Assembly (NCBI GenBank): GCA_963717145.1
Contig: OY970325.1
Coordinates: 3,904,001 to 3,968,000 of the forward strand
Source of the DNA: an uncultured Armatimonadetes bacterium
GTDB taxonomy: Bacteria; Armatimonadota; UBA5829; DTJY01
Reading direction: 5' to 3'
Length of the DNA stretch: 64,000 bases
A program made the translations under genes and the position numbers. Of this stretch, positions 1 to 10,806 are shown piece after piece. Within the stretch, counting starts at the first letter, position 1. Every line of letters starts with the position of its first letter. The notes beneath the pieces are model-generated. The model was not told the DNA's origin and searched no databases. It saw nothing but the letters and a program-made list of their open reading frames with translations.

Positions 1-48
1 GCTAGGATAGATGCCACCAGAGCACAGCCTAGGCAAGGAGTGTCGATC

Positions 49-648
49 ATGAAAAGATTGATGTTGTTCCTACTGCTGGTTTTCATCACCGTCTTGGCCC
101 TCCCCGGCCCGTCCCACGCCGTGCAGCTTCAGCAGGGATGGTATGCAGAGTTCGCCTACATCGTCCTAGGAGGCTCTGCGTATCCGGACCAATACTGGGA
201 TGTGAGTTGGTACGCGACCAGCCCAACAGGCCAGTTCGGCCCCCTTACAGTTGCGGCGAGTTCTCCAGCAACCTCGTATGGACGCAGGTTGACGATAAGC
301 CAAACGGCCGAGGTGGCAAGCGGCATGATTTTCGAGGACTGGGGCACGTACTCGTCGTCCGCGCCGTACTATGATCAGATACGGTTCAGTTGGCGAACAA
401 ACTACGACGCCCGAGTGCTTCAACTCAGAATGTACCAACACCGGTCCGGTTGGGCAGAAGATCAACTTCTCTGGACCCAATCTCTTTCAGAGGCGGCGGT
501 GAACCGTGAGACACTGTGGACAGGAGTTCAGTCGGGCGATAGCGTTGTGTTCAGACTCGTCGTGGTCCCGGAGCCGTCCGGTCTTTCTCTGATAGCCACG
601 GGACTCTTCCTCATGATGTGTAAGATCAGGAGGAGGCGGCTCGCATGA
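49..648 (+). CDS. PEP-CTERM sorting-domain secreted protein
   Basis: AAGGAG RBS before ATG at 49; signal peptide ending PSHA; C-terminal VPEPS, TM helix and KIRRRR. Confidence 0.85.
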   Translation: MKRLMLFLLLVFITVLALPGPSHAVQLQQGWYAEFAYIVLGGSAYPDQYWDVSWYATSPTGQFGPLTVAASSPATSYGRRLTISQTAEVASGMIFEDWGTYSSSAPYYDQIRFSWRTNYDARVLQLRMYQHRSGWAEDQLLWTQSLSEAAVNRETLWTGVQSGDSVVFRLVVVPEPSGLSLIATGLFLMMCKIRRRRLA

Positions 649-723
649 GGTCATTGCAGAGAGCTGCATTGGTGCTGAAAACCAGGGACAGGCACAGTAT
701 TTACAGTTTGTTCACGATTACTT

Positions 724-870
724 CTACCTGTCGTCATGGATTTTCCTCGGGCGACCGTCTGGACGAAGGATAAGCTCCCTCCCGAGCGGCTTTGAGATCC
801 TCCCCACAAACGCTTCATCCCCGCATGGAAACCCGACCTGTGTCCGAAGTCTGATCCCCTTCTCCTGAAC
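724..870 (-). pseudogene. 3' remnant of a REP-associated tyrosine (RAYT/Y1) transposase
   Basis: Hand translation gives IRLRTQVGFPCGDEAFVGRISKPLGRELILRPDGRPRK..., resembling the RAYT C-terminal tail; a GGGACAGGCAC REP half lies at 685-695; no start codon or catalytic region. Confidence 0.55.
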
Positions 871-872
871 GG

Positions 873-1943
873 CTATTCCTTGGCGCGGTGACCGCGGAGC
901 ACGCCGGCAACGCGGTTTCGCCTGGCCTCGAGTGCCAGGGTGAGCGGTGTCTTCCCCTTGTCATTCCTCGCATTGACATCCGCGCCGCGCTCGATCAGCA
1001 ACTCGGCTGTCCGGTCGTTGCCGTTCGACGCAGCCTCGTGCAGAGGGGTGTTCCTGGTGAAGCGTGTCACAGCGTTGACATCCGCGCCGTGGTCGATGAG
1101 TAGTCCAGCGATGGCCGGATTGTCCTGTCCGGCGGCAATATGGAGTGGGGTATTGCCGAAGTGGTCGGTCGGGTTAGGATTTGCCTTGCGCGCGAGCAGC
1201 AGCGCCACGGCCTGCGCGCTCCGCGACTGGACCGCCTTGTGCAGAGGCTTCTGGCCGGTTACGGAGGGTGGATCTGTCTTCGCGCCGGCATCCAGCAGCA
1301 GCCTCATCATCTGCACGTCGCCATCCGCTGATGCCTCATAGAGTGCGGTGCCGTTGCGTCCGGGGCGATCGACCTTCGCGCCGTGTCTCAGGAGAACGGC
1401 CGCGGCTTCCGCGGAACCATAGTCGGAAGCCACATACAGCGGGGCGTTCCCAACGCCATCGCCTTCGTCCACCTTGGCCCCTGCGCGGATCAGCGCGTCC
1501 ACGGTGGAAGCATGATTCCCCCACGCCGCGAGGTAGAGCGGCGTGTGGCCCAGATAGTCCTTCGCATCCACTTCCGCTCCCCTCTTGATAAGAAGCCTGA
1601 CCATCTCATCGCTGCCCTGAGTCGCAGCGATGTCGAGCGGGGTGCAGTTCGACCGGTCCCTGGCATTCACATGCGCGTTGCGAGCGAGCAGAATCTTCGC
1701 GAGCTGCTGATCACCGTACCGTGCCGCGATATGGAGCGGAGTGCCCTCGCCGCCCTCCCCGGCGTTTGCGAGCCCGGGTCTGGTGCGGAGAATCGCCTCA
1801 ACCCTGACAACATCGCTCCGTTTCGCCGCACCAATGATCGCCGGTTCGCCCGACCCCCAGTACCAGAGACCATACAGTACGGCGAGCACGAGAGCAACCC
1901 GCCATGCTGCGCGAAACCTCCTTCTTGCCGTGGTATCGCTCAC
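873..1943 (-). CDS. Ankyrin-repeat protein with N-terminal TM anchor
   Basis: Multiple G-x-TPLH-x-AA...LL..GA.VN repeats; hydrophobic N-terminus. Confidence 0.9.
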   Translation of the reverse strand: MSDTTARRRFRAAWRVALVLAVLYGLWYWGSGEPAIIGAAKRSDVVRVEAILRTRPGLANAGEGGEGTPLHIAARYGDQQLAKILLARNAHVNARDRSNCTPLDIAATQGSDEMVRLLIKRGAEVDAKDYLGHTPLYLAAWGNHASTVDALIRAGAKVDEGDGVGNAPLYVASDYGSAEAAAVLLRHGAKVDRPGRNGTALYEASADGDVQMMRLLLDAGAKTDPPSVTGQKPLHKAVQSRSAQAVALLLARKANPNPTDHFGNTPLHIAAGQDNPAIAGLLIDHGADVNAVTRFTRNTPLHEAASNGNDRTAELLIERGADVNARNDKGKTPLTLALEARRNRVAGVLRGHRAKE

Positions 1944-3236
1944 TTCTTGCGCTCCTTCGCGCCGTGGCGGAGTAGAAGCTCCTCCACCTCGCGGGTCTCG
2001 CCGACTCCGGACCTGGGATACCTACCTCCGCGCCTGCGGAGGTAGTCCAGCGGCGTCCATCCCGAATCGTCCTGCGCATTGACATCGGCTCCGTGCGCGA
2101 TCAGCTCCTCGACTATCGCTTTCCAGTCCTTCCCGCCGCGCATGATTGCCCGGTGGAGCGTCGAGCCACCCCACGTGCCACGGACATTGGGATCAGCCTT
2201 CAGGTCGAGAAGGACCTTGACTGCGGGCAGTTGTCCCGAACTGACTGCATAGATCAGATTGCCGTCGATATCTTCCGAGTCAGGTCTTCTGGCAGCGATT
2301 GCCTTCATGGCCTTGACGTCGCCGAGTGCCACGGCATCCATCATCTCAAAGCGCGGAGACTGCTTGCCGCCATGCTTGCGGAGGAAGGAGATCATATCGA
2401 GCTGCTTTCTGAGGCACGCGGAATCCATCGGAGTCTTGCCGTCGCCGTTCCTGAGGTTCACATCCACTCCGTGAGCAAGGAGCAGCGCCACCATCTCCTG
2501 CCTGCCGTTCCCGGCTGCGGTGTGCAACGGCGTATCCTCGTAGGCGTCTTCTACTCTGGGATCAGCTCCATGAGCGAGCAGTATGTCCGCAGCCTCCTTG
2601 CCACCGGATACTGCGGCCGCCTTCAGGGGAGTCTGGCCCTGATTGTCAGTGGCATCGACCTCGGCGCCTCGTGCGATCAGGAACTTGACCATACCTGCCT
2701 TGTTGGCTGCCCGCGGCCGAATGCAGGGCGGTTCCCAGATTGGGCGAGGACAAGGTGCTGTTCCTGGCATTCACATCGATGCCGCTATCGAGCAGCATCC
2801 TCACGGTCTCGATGTCTCCGATGCGGGCCGCCCCCTGCAATGCGGCTCCGGGATTTCCGGCGCGCGCATGTCGCTCGATGAGAAGCTTGATAATCTCGGG
2901 ATGAGGCCTGTAGTACCCTCGGCTGAGCGCCATGTCGAGGATGGTCTCTCCGGCCGCATCGGCGGCGTTCACGTTCGCGCCGTGATCGAGGAATACCTTG
3001 ACCGTCTGCACGTCTCCAATCGAGATTGCCGTGCAGATGATCGGCGTGCCGGATGTGCCCCGTTCGTTTGCGCGCTCGGGATTCGCTTTGAGGATTGCGT
3101 TGAGCTTGGCGGTATCACTGTGGAGGACAGCCCGCTGCAGGTCGTTCATCTTGATCCGGTGGGAGCAACCGATCGAAGACACGACGCACAGGACCGTAAG
3201 CACGATTCCCGCCCGAAGCCTGGATGATCCGCTCAT
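1940..3236 (-). CDS. Ankyrin-repeat lipoprotein (one +1 frameshift near 2712)
   Basis: Lipobox-like SSIGC; ORFs 2646-3236 and 1940-2770 join on removing one G (TALHSAAAANKAGMVKFL). Confidence 0.8.
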
Positions 3237-3264
3237 GTAGCGCCTCCAACCGAGATGTGAACGG

Positions 3265-4548
3265 CTATTCCTTCGCGCCGCGGGAGAGGAGCAGCTTCTC
3301 CAGCGGCTGGAACTCGGGCTTCAGGGGGACGCGACCGCCTCCCATCGGCCTGATCGGGGAGAGGAACTTGTACAGATAGGCAAGCGGTGTCAGGCCGTCT
3401 TTGTCCTTCGCATTGACGTGCGCGCCGTGATCGAGCAGGAATCGGGCCAAGTCCTCCTGCCCGGTCGCGACCGCGGAGTGAAGGGGCGTCTGCTTCACTC
3501 CGCCTCGGATGTTCACGTCGACTCCAAGCGCCACGAGCTGCTTGACGGCATCCAGGCGGCCGGTGTAGGCCGCATAGTGCAGAGCGGCGTCCCCGTTGAT
3601 GATCTCAGCGGCAGACGACGGCCTCGACTTGACGATCCTGTCGATCTCCTTCGTCTCGCCGAGTGCGATCGCGTCCCGTAGCGCCCACCGCTCCGAAGGC
3701 TTGCTTCCGAACTTGCGAAGCGCGACGATCGTATCCGGCTTGCTTTGACCGCCCGCGGCAACATCGAAAGGAGTCCGACCATCGAGATTCCTGGGATTGG
3801 GATCCGCGCCGTGGCCCAGCAACGTCTCCGCCATCTTCGTCCGGCCGAACCGCGCTGCTCCGTGCAGAGGAGTGTCGCCCGTCTTTGCCACCGCGTTGAT
3901 CTTGGCGCCGTGGGCGAGCAGCATCTTGCCGATCTGCGTGTAGATCGATTCGGCAGCGATATGGAGCGGCGTGCGCCCGGTGCTGTCGGATGCGTTCGCG
4001 TCGGCCCCGTGAATCAGCAGGAATTCGACCATATCGGGCCTGTTCGCTGCGACAGCCGCATGGAGGGGGGTGCTCCGCTCCTCTCCGCGTTGGGTCTCCG
4101 CCTTGACATTGATCTCGGTGCCGCGTTCGAGCAGGAGTTGAGCGACCTCCACATGCCCGGACCAGGCCGCTCTCCGGAGGAGCATGCGCGGATCCCGCAG
4201 CTTGGCGTGCTTCGCGAGCAGCGTCCTCATGACCGACGCGTATCCCTCATAGGATGCCACCTCGATTGGCGTCTCTCCTCGAGAATTGGTCGCCTCGACA
4301 TCCGCGCCGTATTGGAGCAGGACATTCACGACCTGTTGATCGCCTGCCCGGGCCGCTATGTGCAGCAAGGTGTCACCCTTCGGGTCCCGCTCGTTCACAC
4401 GGTCGGGGTGCGACCTGAGGATCTTCTCGGTTCTGCCGATGTCTCCCGATATGACGGCCTGCCTGATCTGACTCTTGGCGCACCCGATGACCAGCAGGCA
4501 AACGACCAACCCGATCGCGGCGAGGCTCGATGGCCTGAGCAACCTCAT
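3265..4548 (-). CDS. Ankyrin-repeat lipoprotein
   Basis: Lipobox LVIGC; about 10 ankyrin repeats; GGAGG RBS. Confidence 0.9.
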   Translation of the reverse strand: MRLLRPSSLAAIGLVVCLLVIGCAKSQIRQAVISGDIGRTEKILRSHPDRVNERDPKGDTLLHIAARAGDQQVVNVLLQYGADVEATNSRGETPIEVASYEGYASVMRTLLAKHAKLRDPRMLLRRAAWSGHVEVAQLLLERGTEINVKAETQRGEERSTPLHAAVAANRPDMVEFLLIHGADANASDSTGRTPLHIAAESIYTQIGKMLLAHGAKINAVAKTGDTPLHGAARFGRTKMAETLLGHGADPNPRNLDGRTPFDVAAGGQSKPDTIVALRKFGSKPSERWALRDAIALGETKEIDRIVKSRPSSAAEIINGDAALHYAAYTGRLDAVKQLVALGVDVNIRGGVKQTPLHSAVATGQEDLARFLLDHGAHVNAKDKDGLTPLAYLYKFLSPIRPMGGGRVPLKPEFQPLEKLLLSRGAKE

Positions 4549-4626
4549 ACTTTACCTCCGGCGGGCGGAACCGGTCGCATTCTCACGGCTCGCTCCGCAT
4601 CAGTCGCATGTGGGATGTGACACACT

Positions 4627-4655
4627 TTTATACCTCTTTACACGAGGCCTGTCAA
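4627..4655 (-). promoter_or_regulatory. sigma70-type promoter of the ankyrin gene cluster
   Basis: TTGACA-N17-TATAAA on the minus strand. Confidence 0.65.
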
Positions 4656-4716
4656 CACCGGGCCGCCGGATCGCGTGACCAATCCCGGTATAATTACCAG
4701 TTTTTTCAGAATAGCG

Positions 4717-4745
4717 TTGACGGCTGCTACCCGCGGGTGTACACT
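4717..4745 (+). promoter_or_regulatory. sigma70-type promoter of the beta-helix gene
   Basis: TTGACG-N17-TACACT. Confidence 0.6.
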
Positions 4746-4814
4746 AAGAGAGTCTACGACTGCGCCACCAGCAGCCGAGCGGCAGTACCCAATGCCCTCC
4801 AGGAGGTACGAGCA

Positions 4815-7800
4815 ATGAAGCACGGCCCAGCACTGGCAGTTCTCGCTGCACTCACTCTTCTCATCTGCACCGTTCCCTGTTCCGCGGGGACTGTGTACGT
4901 CAAGTGGGACTCCCCCGGTCCGACGTTCGACGGCACGTCATGGGACACGGCGTTCCACACGGTCCAGGAAGGCCTCAATGCGTCTGTCTCAGGCGATGAG
5001 GTCTGGGTCGCCCGCGGCACGTATGTCGAGCGCATAACCATGAAAGCCGGAGTAGTCCTATATGGTGGATATTCAGGCTCAGGAACGGCCAGAGACATGG
5101 GCATTTACCTCACCGCTCTCGAAGGCACGGGGGGCTTTCCGGTGATACTGTGTGGCGCAGGGATTACCACTACTACCGTGATCGATGGGTTCACCATCCG
5201 GTACGCGGATACTACCACTGTCACGAACGCCTATGGGATCTCGTGCAACAGCGGCTCACCGACTATCACTAATAACACGATTGTGGGCATGCCAGGTTAC
5301 GGGATATACGTTGCATCCTCCGCTGTCCCAGTGATCGCGAATAACATGATTCTGGGGAATGCCGGGAATGGGATAGGCGGCGGCGCTGGTGCCTCTCCCA
5401 CCATCACGAACAATATTATTGCGGGGAACGGCAATAATGGGATAGTATGCAGCGGCACTTCAACTGTCACGAATAACACAATTACGGGCAACAATAGCTC
5501 AGGAGTATCCTGCTCCTCAGCCTCGGCAACTGTGTCGAACAACATCGTGGCCTTCAACTGCAAGGGAATCACCAGTCTTGGAGGCATTCCTACTCTTTCG
5601 AACAACTGCGTGTACGGCAACACGAGCTACAACTACTCCGGTCTCTCTGCCGGAGTCGGGGATGTCTCGGTCGACCCTCTGCTGGCGGACAAGGCCTATG
5701 CGAATGCTCATCTCCAGCTCAGTTCGCCGTGCATCAATGCCGGCTCGAATGGCGCGCCCGGGCTTCCTTCGACCGACATGGACGGCCAGTCCAGAGTGCA
5801 GGATGGCACAGCGGACATCGGGGCCGAACGAGTGTGATGCCATTACGGTCTGGCCTGCCGGGCCGAATGCCATCGTGCGGGTCAGCCCATCCGGCAATGA
5901 TGCAAACGACGGCTCGTCCTGGGCACTTGCAAAGAAGACTATACAGGCGGGAATCAATGCGGCCAAGGCGCTGCGCGGCGACGTGTGGGTCAAGGTGGGC
6001 ACCTACGAAGAGCCCATCTTCCTGCAGGCGTATGTATACCTCTACGGGGGCTTTGCCGGAACGGAGACATTGAGATCGCAGAGAGATTGGATCGCAAACC
6101 AGACGGTACTGAATGGTGCATCCGTCACCGCGCGGAGGACGGGCTATCGGGCGAGTACGATAGACGGGTTCCTGATTCAGGGCAACAGCGGGGTGTCCTG
6201 CGCCTACTCATCGCCGATTATTGCCAACAACACGATTTCCACGCGAATGTATGGGATAGATTGCGCGAACTCCTCCTCGCCGATCATAGCAGGCAATAAT
6301 ATCTCATGGAACAAGACAACCGGATTGGGCTGCAACGCTTCTTCTCCGACTGTGACCGGCAACACTATAGCATCGAACCCCAATTATGGCATATACTGCC
6401 AGAACTCCTCCGCACCGACCATAGTCAATAATGCGGTGAAGGGGAACGGCAACTGCGGAATATATGCCACAGCCTCGCCCCTCACGGTCACCAATAACAC
6501 TATAACCGGAAACGGCGACGCCGGGATACGGTGTTCCAGCTCTTCATCTGTGATATCGAATAACATACTTGCATTCAACTTTGGGGGGGTATACAAATCC
6601 GGAGGAACTCCTACCCTTCGGAACAACTGCGTGTACGGCAACACGAGCTACGACTACTCCGGCATATTGGCCGGGGCCGGTGATATCTCGGCCGATCCTC
6701 TCTTCGCAAGCGCGGAGTATCCGAGTGTTCACATCCAGCCAGGATCTCCGTGCAGGAACGCGGGCTGGAACGATGCGCCCGGGATTCCACCCATCGACAT
6801 CGACGACCAGCCGAGGATACAGCCGGCGGGCGGAACAGTGGACATAGGGGCGGACGAGTCGGACGGTACGGTCTGGCCCGCCACTCCCGCCATGATCGTG
6901 CGGGTGAGCCCCTCCGGCGACGACGCGAACGACGGGTTGACCTGGGCTTTTGCCAAGTTGACGATACAGGCAGGGATCGAGGCTGTGAAGACTCTTGGTG
7001 GAGACGTTTGGGTGAAAGCGGGCGTCTACAACGAACGCATCACCTTGAAGACCTATGCGCACGTCTTCGGCGGCTTCGCGGGCTCGGAGACGCTGAGGTC
7101 ACAGAGAGACTGGACTGTCGATCAGACAATACTGGATGGCGGGGCCGGGGGGCCGTTGTTACTGCCAGTGGTCTAGGCCAACAGACGAGCACAATCGACG
7201 GGTTCACGATACGCAACGGCCTCGGTTACCAGGGAGCATCCGGGATAGCCCTTGCCCACGCTTCGCCTGCCATCAGGAACAACATCATCACCGCCAACAA
7301 TGGCTTTGGGGTGAGTTGTGCTTCCTCCAACCCCGTTGTCACGGACAACCTCATCGTGGGGAATACCGGTGCCGGGATTGCCTGCTTCGGTGCCTCGCCG
7401 ACCATCACGAATAACACAATCGTGGCGAACACAACGAATGTCTACGGTAGCGGCGGGATATACATGCTGTGTGAATCGTCGCCGGCTATCTCAAACAACA
7501 TCGTGGCATTCAACTCCGCAGGTATGTTGGGCGAATGCTACCCAGTCGACCCAGAGAGTCCTCCTCCTCCCCTTCCCACACCGAAGCTCAGGAGTAACTG
7601 CGTATATGGCAACACCAGCTACGACTACTCCGGCGTCACCGCCGGACCCGGGGATATCTCGGTTGATCCGCTGTTCGTGAACCGGGTCGGCGGCGATTAC
7701 CACCTGAGCCTGCTCTCACCATGCATCAACTCAGGCTTGAACCACTACGTCAGCAGCACATGGCTTGATATGGATAGAGAGCCGAGGGTACTGCCCATCG

Positions 7801-8453
7801 GTGGCACCGTGGACATCGGCGCTGACGAGTACGGCCTGCACACGGTCTACTCGCCGGACGAAGCTAAGGAGTTGCTGTCCGACGGAAGCGAAGTCTATCT
7901 CTCGGCTAACGGTCCGATGATAGTTACGGCCAGGTTCGGCGGCATGCCGGCATACTATGTCGAGCAGTCGAACAAGGCATCGGGAATGCAGTGTCGCGGA
8001 CTCGCGCTGCTGGATCCGGGCCAGAGTGGAATCATGCACGGCACAATGGACACTATCGACGGCGAACGCACGCTAGTGGACGCGTCCGTAGTCACCGGCT
8101 CCCTGTCCACAAGTCCGATCCCCGATCCGCTCAGCATGCCCAACCGGTCCGTTGGTGGCGGGAGTCTGGGGCTGCAGCAAGGCATCGTGGGTGCGGCGGA
8201 TCTGAACAACATCGGCCTCCGGGTATGGAGCACTGGCAAGGTGACCCACACGGACAGCGGCTTCTTCTACATCGACGACGGCTCGGGCATGGACGACGGT
8301 TCAGGGCATCTCGGAGTGAGGGTCACGACCGAGGGGCTGTCGATGCCTGCCTTCGAGTCCTATGTCAAGGTCACCGGCGCGAGTTCGTGCTACAAGCGTG
8401 ACGGCGATCTCTTCCGGCTCATTCGGGCAACCGAGATCACGCCCGTGCCGTGA
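4815..8453 (+). CDS. Large secreted right-handed beta-helix (pectin-lyase-like/NosD-like) protein, three tandem modules plus shared C-terminal domain; two compensating frameshifts
   Basis: AGGAGG RBS and signal peptide; three modules each starting G.SW..A..TIQ.G, containing P.I.NN.I..N repeats and ending DIGADE; extra A near 5827 and missing G in the G-run near 7147-7152; reconstructs to about 1212 aa. Confidence 0.8.
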
Positions 8454-8483
8454 ACCATCTCGTATCAGGAAGCAGATAGCACA

Positions 8484-8515
8484 AGGGGGCGGAGTCCAAC
8501 TCCGCCCCCAACTTT
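8484..8515. terminator. Intrinsic terminator-like hairpin between convergent genes
   Basis: GGGGGCGGAG-loop-CTCCGCCCCC followed by an A/T run. Confidence 0.6.
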
Positions 8516-8546
8516 ATTAGTCCAATCCGTCTGATTCGTGTTTCCC

Positions 8547-9530
8547 CTACCGCTGGATGCGCGATCCCCCGCCCTTGAGGAGGGTCTCGACCTCCTCGAG
8601 CGTCGCCCAGTTCAGGTCGCCGGGGATCGAGTGCTTGAGCGCGGAGAACGCCGTCCCGTAGTCGACGCCCTTCTGAACGTCGCCGGTCAGATAGCCGTAG
8701 ATGAACCCCGCGGTGAACGAGTCGCCGCCGCCGACGCGGTCGATCAGCTCGCAGGGGTACGTCGCGCTCTCGTAGAGCTGCCCGTTCGAGAGGGCAAAGG
8801 CCGACCAGTTGTTCCTCAGCACTGAGAGGTCTTCCCGCAGGGTGATCGCCACCACCTCGAAGCCGAACCGCTCGTTCAGCTTCACCGCGACCTCCTGGTA
8901 GCTGTCCTCCCGGATACCGAAGACGACGCCCGTGTCCTCCTCGGTCGTGATCAGGATGTCGACGAACTCCATCATCGGGACCTGGCACGCGTTGGCCTCC
9001 TCGGGCGTCCAGAGCTTCTTGCGGTAGTTGACGTCGTAGCTGACCTTCGCACCGGCCGCCTTCGCCGCCTTGATCGCCTCGAGAGTCGCCTCCGCGCACG
9101 ACTTGCTGAGCGCCGGGGTGATCCCGCTGACGTGGAAGAGCTTGCAGCCCTCGAACGCCTTCGCCCAATCGACCTCGCCGGGTGCGAGGGTACTGATCGC
9201 CGAGCCCGCGCGGTCATAGAGGACGCTCGATGCCCGCGGGTTCGCGCCGAACTCGAGGAAGTAGATGCCGACGCGGCCGGACTTGCTCCACACGAGGTTC
9301 GACGTATCGACTCCCTGCTCGCGTGCCTTGTTGCGGACCATACGGCCGATCGGGTTCTCCGGGAGCTTGCTGACCCACGCGCTCTCGAGCCCGAGCCGTG
9401 AGACCCCGACCGCGACATTCAGCTCTCCGCCGCCGACCTTTGCGTCGAACGAGTTCGTCTGCTCCAGCCGATGGAAATCCGGCGGCGACAACCGCAGCAT
9501 TGCTTCTCCAAGGGTAACTACCTCAGTCAT
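8547..9530 (-). CDS. kdgK: 2-dehydro-3-deoxygluconokinase (PfkB family)
   Basis: VVTLGEAMLRLSPP, GGGELNVA, DVNYRKKLW and DRVGGGDSF motifs; eda nearby. Confidence 0.9.
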   Translation of the reverse strand: MTEVVTLGEAMLRLSPPDFHRLEQTNSFDAKVGGGELNVAVGVSRLGLESAWVSKLPENPIGRMVRNKAREQGVDTSNLVWSKSGRVGIYFLEFGANPRASSVLYDRAGSAISTLAPGEVDWAKAFEGCKLFHVSGITPALSKSCAEATLEAIKAAKAAGAKVSYDVNYRKKLWTPEEANACQVPMMEFVDILITTEEDTGVVFGIREDSYQEVAVKLNERFGFEVVAITLREDLSVLRNNWSAFALSNGQLYESATYPCELIDRVGGGDSFTAGFIYGYLTGDVQKGVDYGTAFSALKHSIPGDLNWATLEEVETLLKGGGSRIQR

Positions 9531-9588
9531 TCTCCCCTCCTACTCCTACTCATACTGTGATCCTGCCCCGTTTTCGTGGACAGATCAC

Positions 9589-10458
9589 CTAGGCCGCTCG
9601 TTCGAGAGCGGCCGCCTCGAAATCGGCGGGACTCCGATAGCCGAGGCTCGAGTGGAGTCGCTGTCGATTGTAGAACACTTCGATGTACTCGAAGATATCA
9701 GATCTCGCTTCCTCTCGTGAGGAGTATGTTCGATGATGTATCAGCTCGGCCTTAAGCGTCGCAAAGAAGCTCTCCATCGGGGCGTTGTCATAGCAATCCC
9801 CGGCGCCGCTCATGCTGGCTCGAATTTCGTAGGCTTCGAGAAGCCTACGAAATTCGCCGCTCGCGTACTGACACCCTCGATCCGAATGATGGATGACTTC
9901 ACCGACCGGTCTTCTGTTCTTGTATGCCATCCTGAGCGCCTCACTTGCGAGCACACTCCCAAGCGTCTCTTTCATCGACCAGCCCACTATCTGGCGCGAG
10001 TAAAGATCCATCACCGCCGAAAGATAGAGCCAACCCTCACGGGTATGCACATACGTTATGTCGCTTACCCAGACACTGTTCGGTCTGGCTACCTCGAAGT
10101 TTCTCTTGAGCAGATTCGCCGCCACAGGCTGGTTGTGCCTGGAGTTAGTCGTAACACGGAACTTCCGCTTCTGTCTTGCGCGGATTCCGTTTGCTGTCAT
10201 GAGCCTGGCCACACGGCCTCTGCTGCAGGTCTCACCCGCCTGCCGAAGCCGTATGTGAACCCTCGGGCTACCGTAGGTGTCTCTGCTCTCGGCGTGGACC
10301 TCCCTGATCCGTGTGAGCAGCTTCTCGTTCTTCCTGGCGCGATCGCTTTCGGGACGCCCCTGCCACGCGTAGTAGCCGCTCCGGCTCACACCGAGCACCC
10401 CGCAGATCGTCCCGATCCTGAAGCGACCGTCTTGAGCAGCGATGAAGGCGTACTTCAC
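9589..10458 (-). CDS. IS3 transposase OrfB (DDE/rve)
   Basis: WVSDITY, HHSDRGCQY and DNAPMESFF motifs. Confidence 0.95.
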   Translation of the reverse strand: MKYAFIAAQDGRFRIGTICGVLGVSRSGYYAWQGRPESDRARKNEKLLTRIREVHAESRDTYGSPRVHIRLRQAGETCSRGRVARLMTANGIRARQKRKFRVTTNSRHNQPVAANLLKRNFEVARPNSVWVSDITYVHTREGWLYLSAVMDLYSRQIVGWSMKETLGSVLASEALRMAYKNRRPVGEVIHHSDRGCQYASGEFRRLLEAYEIRASMSGAGDCYDNAPMESFFATLKAELIHHRTYSSREEARSDIFEYIEVFYNRQRLHSSLGYRSPADFEAAALERAA

Positions 10459-10736
10459 TGCTGCTCCCTCGCAAAGTACGCCGCCGCTTTTTTTAATATG
10501 TCTCTCTCCTCTCGGAGGAGATCGTTCTCCTTGCGGAGACGCTTCACTTCGTCCTCAAGGGACTCTCTCTTCCTGGGATCGATCTCTCCCAGGCTCTCCT
10601 TGTACTTCCTGATCCAGGCGTCCAGGCTGTTGATGTTGACTCCCAGTTCCTTTGCGATCCGAGCTTTGCTCGCCCTGCCGGAAAAAGCCAACTTCACCGC
10701 CTCCGCCTTGAAGCTTTCTGAATACTGCCTCTTCAT
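10455..10736 (-). CDS. IS3 transposase OrfA (HTH)
   Basis: YSESFKAEAV...LKKAAAYF; A7G slippery run near 10487-10494; GTGA overlap with orfB. Confidence 0.9.
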   Translation of the reverse strand: MKRQYSESFKAEAVKLAFSGRASKARIAKELGVNINSLDAWIRKYKESLGEIDPRKRESLEDEVKRLRKENDLLREERDILKKAAAYFAREQQ

Positions 10737-10806
10737 CTTGGGTCACCTCATCTCTTATTATCCGGTGCCCACTAATTCGAGGCAAGATCACTGTTCGCCG
10801 AGCCGT

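Larger units (their letters stand above)
9558..10790 (-). mobile_element. IS3-family insertion sequence (1233 bp)
   Basis: Terminal IRs TGATCCTGCCCCGTTTTCGTGGACA and TGATCTTGCCTCGAATTAGTGGGCA; 3-bp TSD CTG at 9555-57 and 10791-93; orfA/orfB. Confidence 0.95.

Noticed and set aside
5820-7160. Programmed frameshifting or phase variation in the beta-helix gene
   Set aside because: No slippery heptamer or long repeat tract; similar indels occur across unrelated genes, so error is more parsimonious
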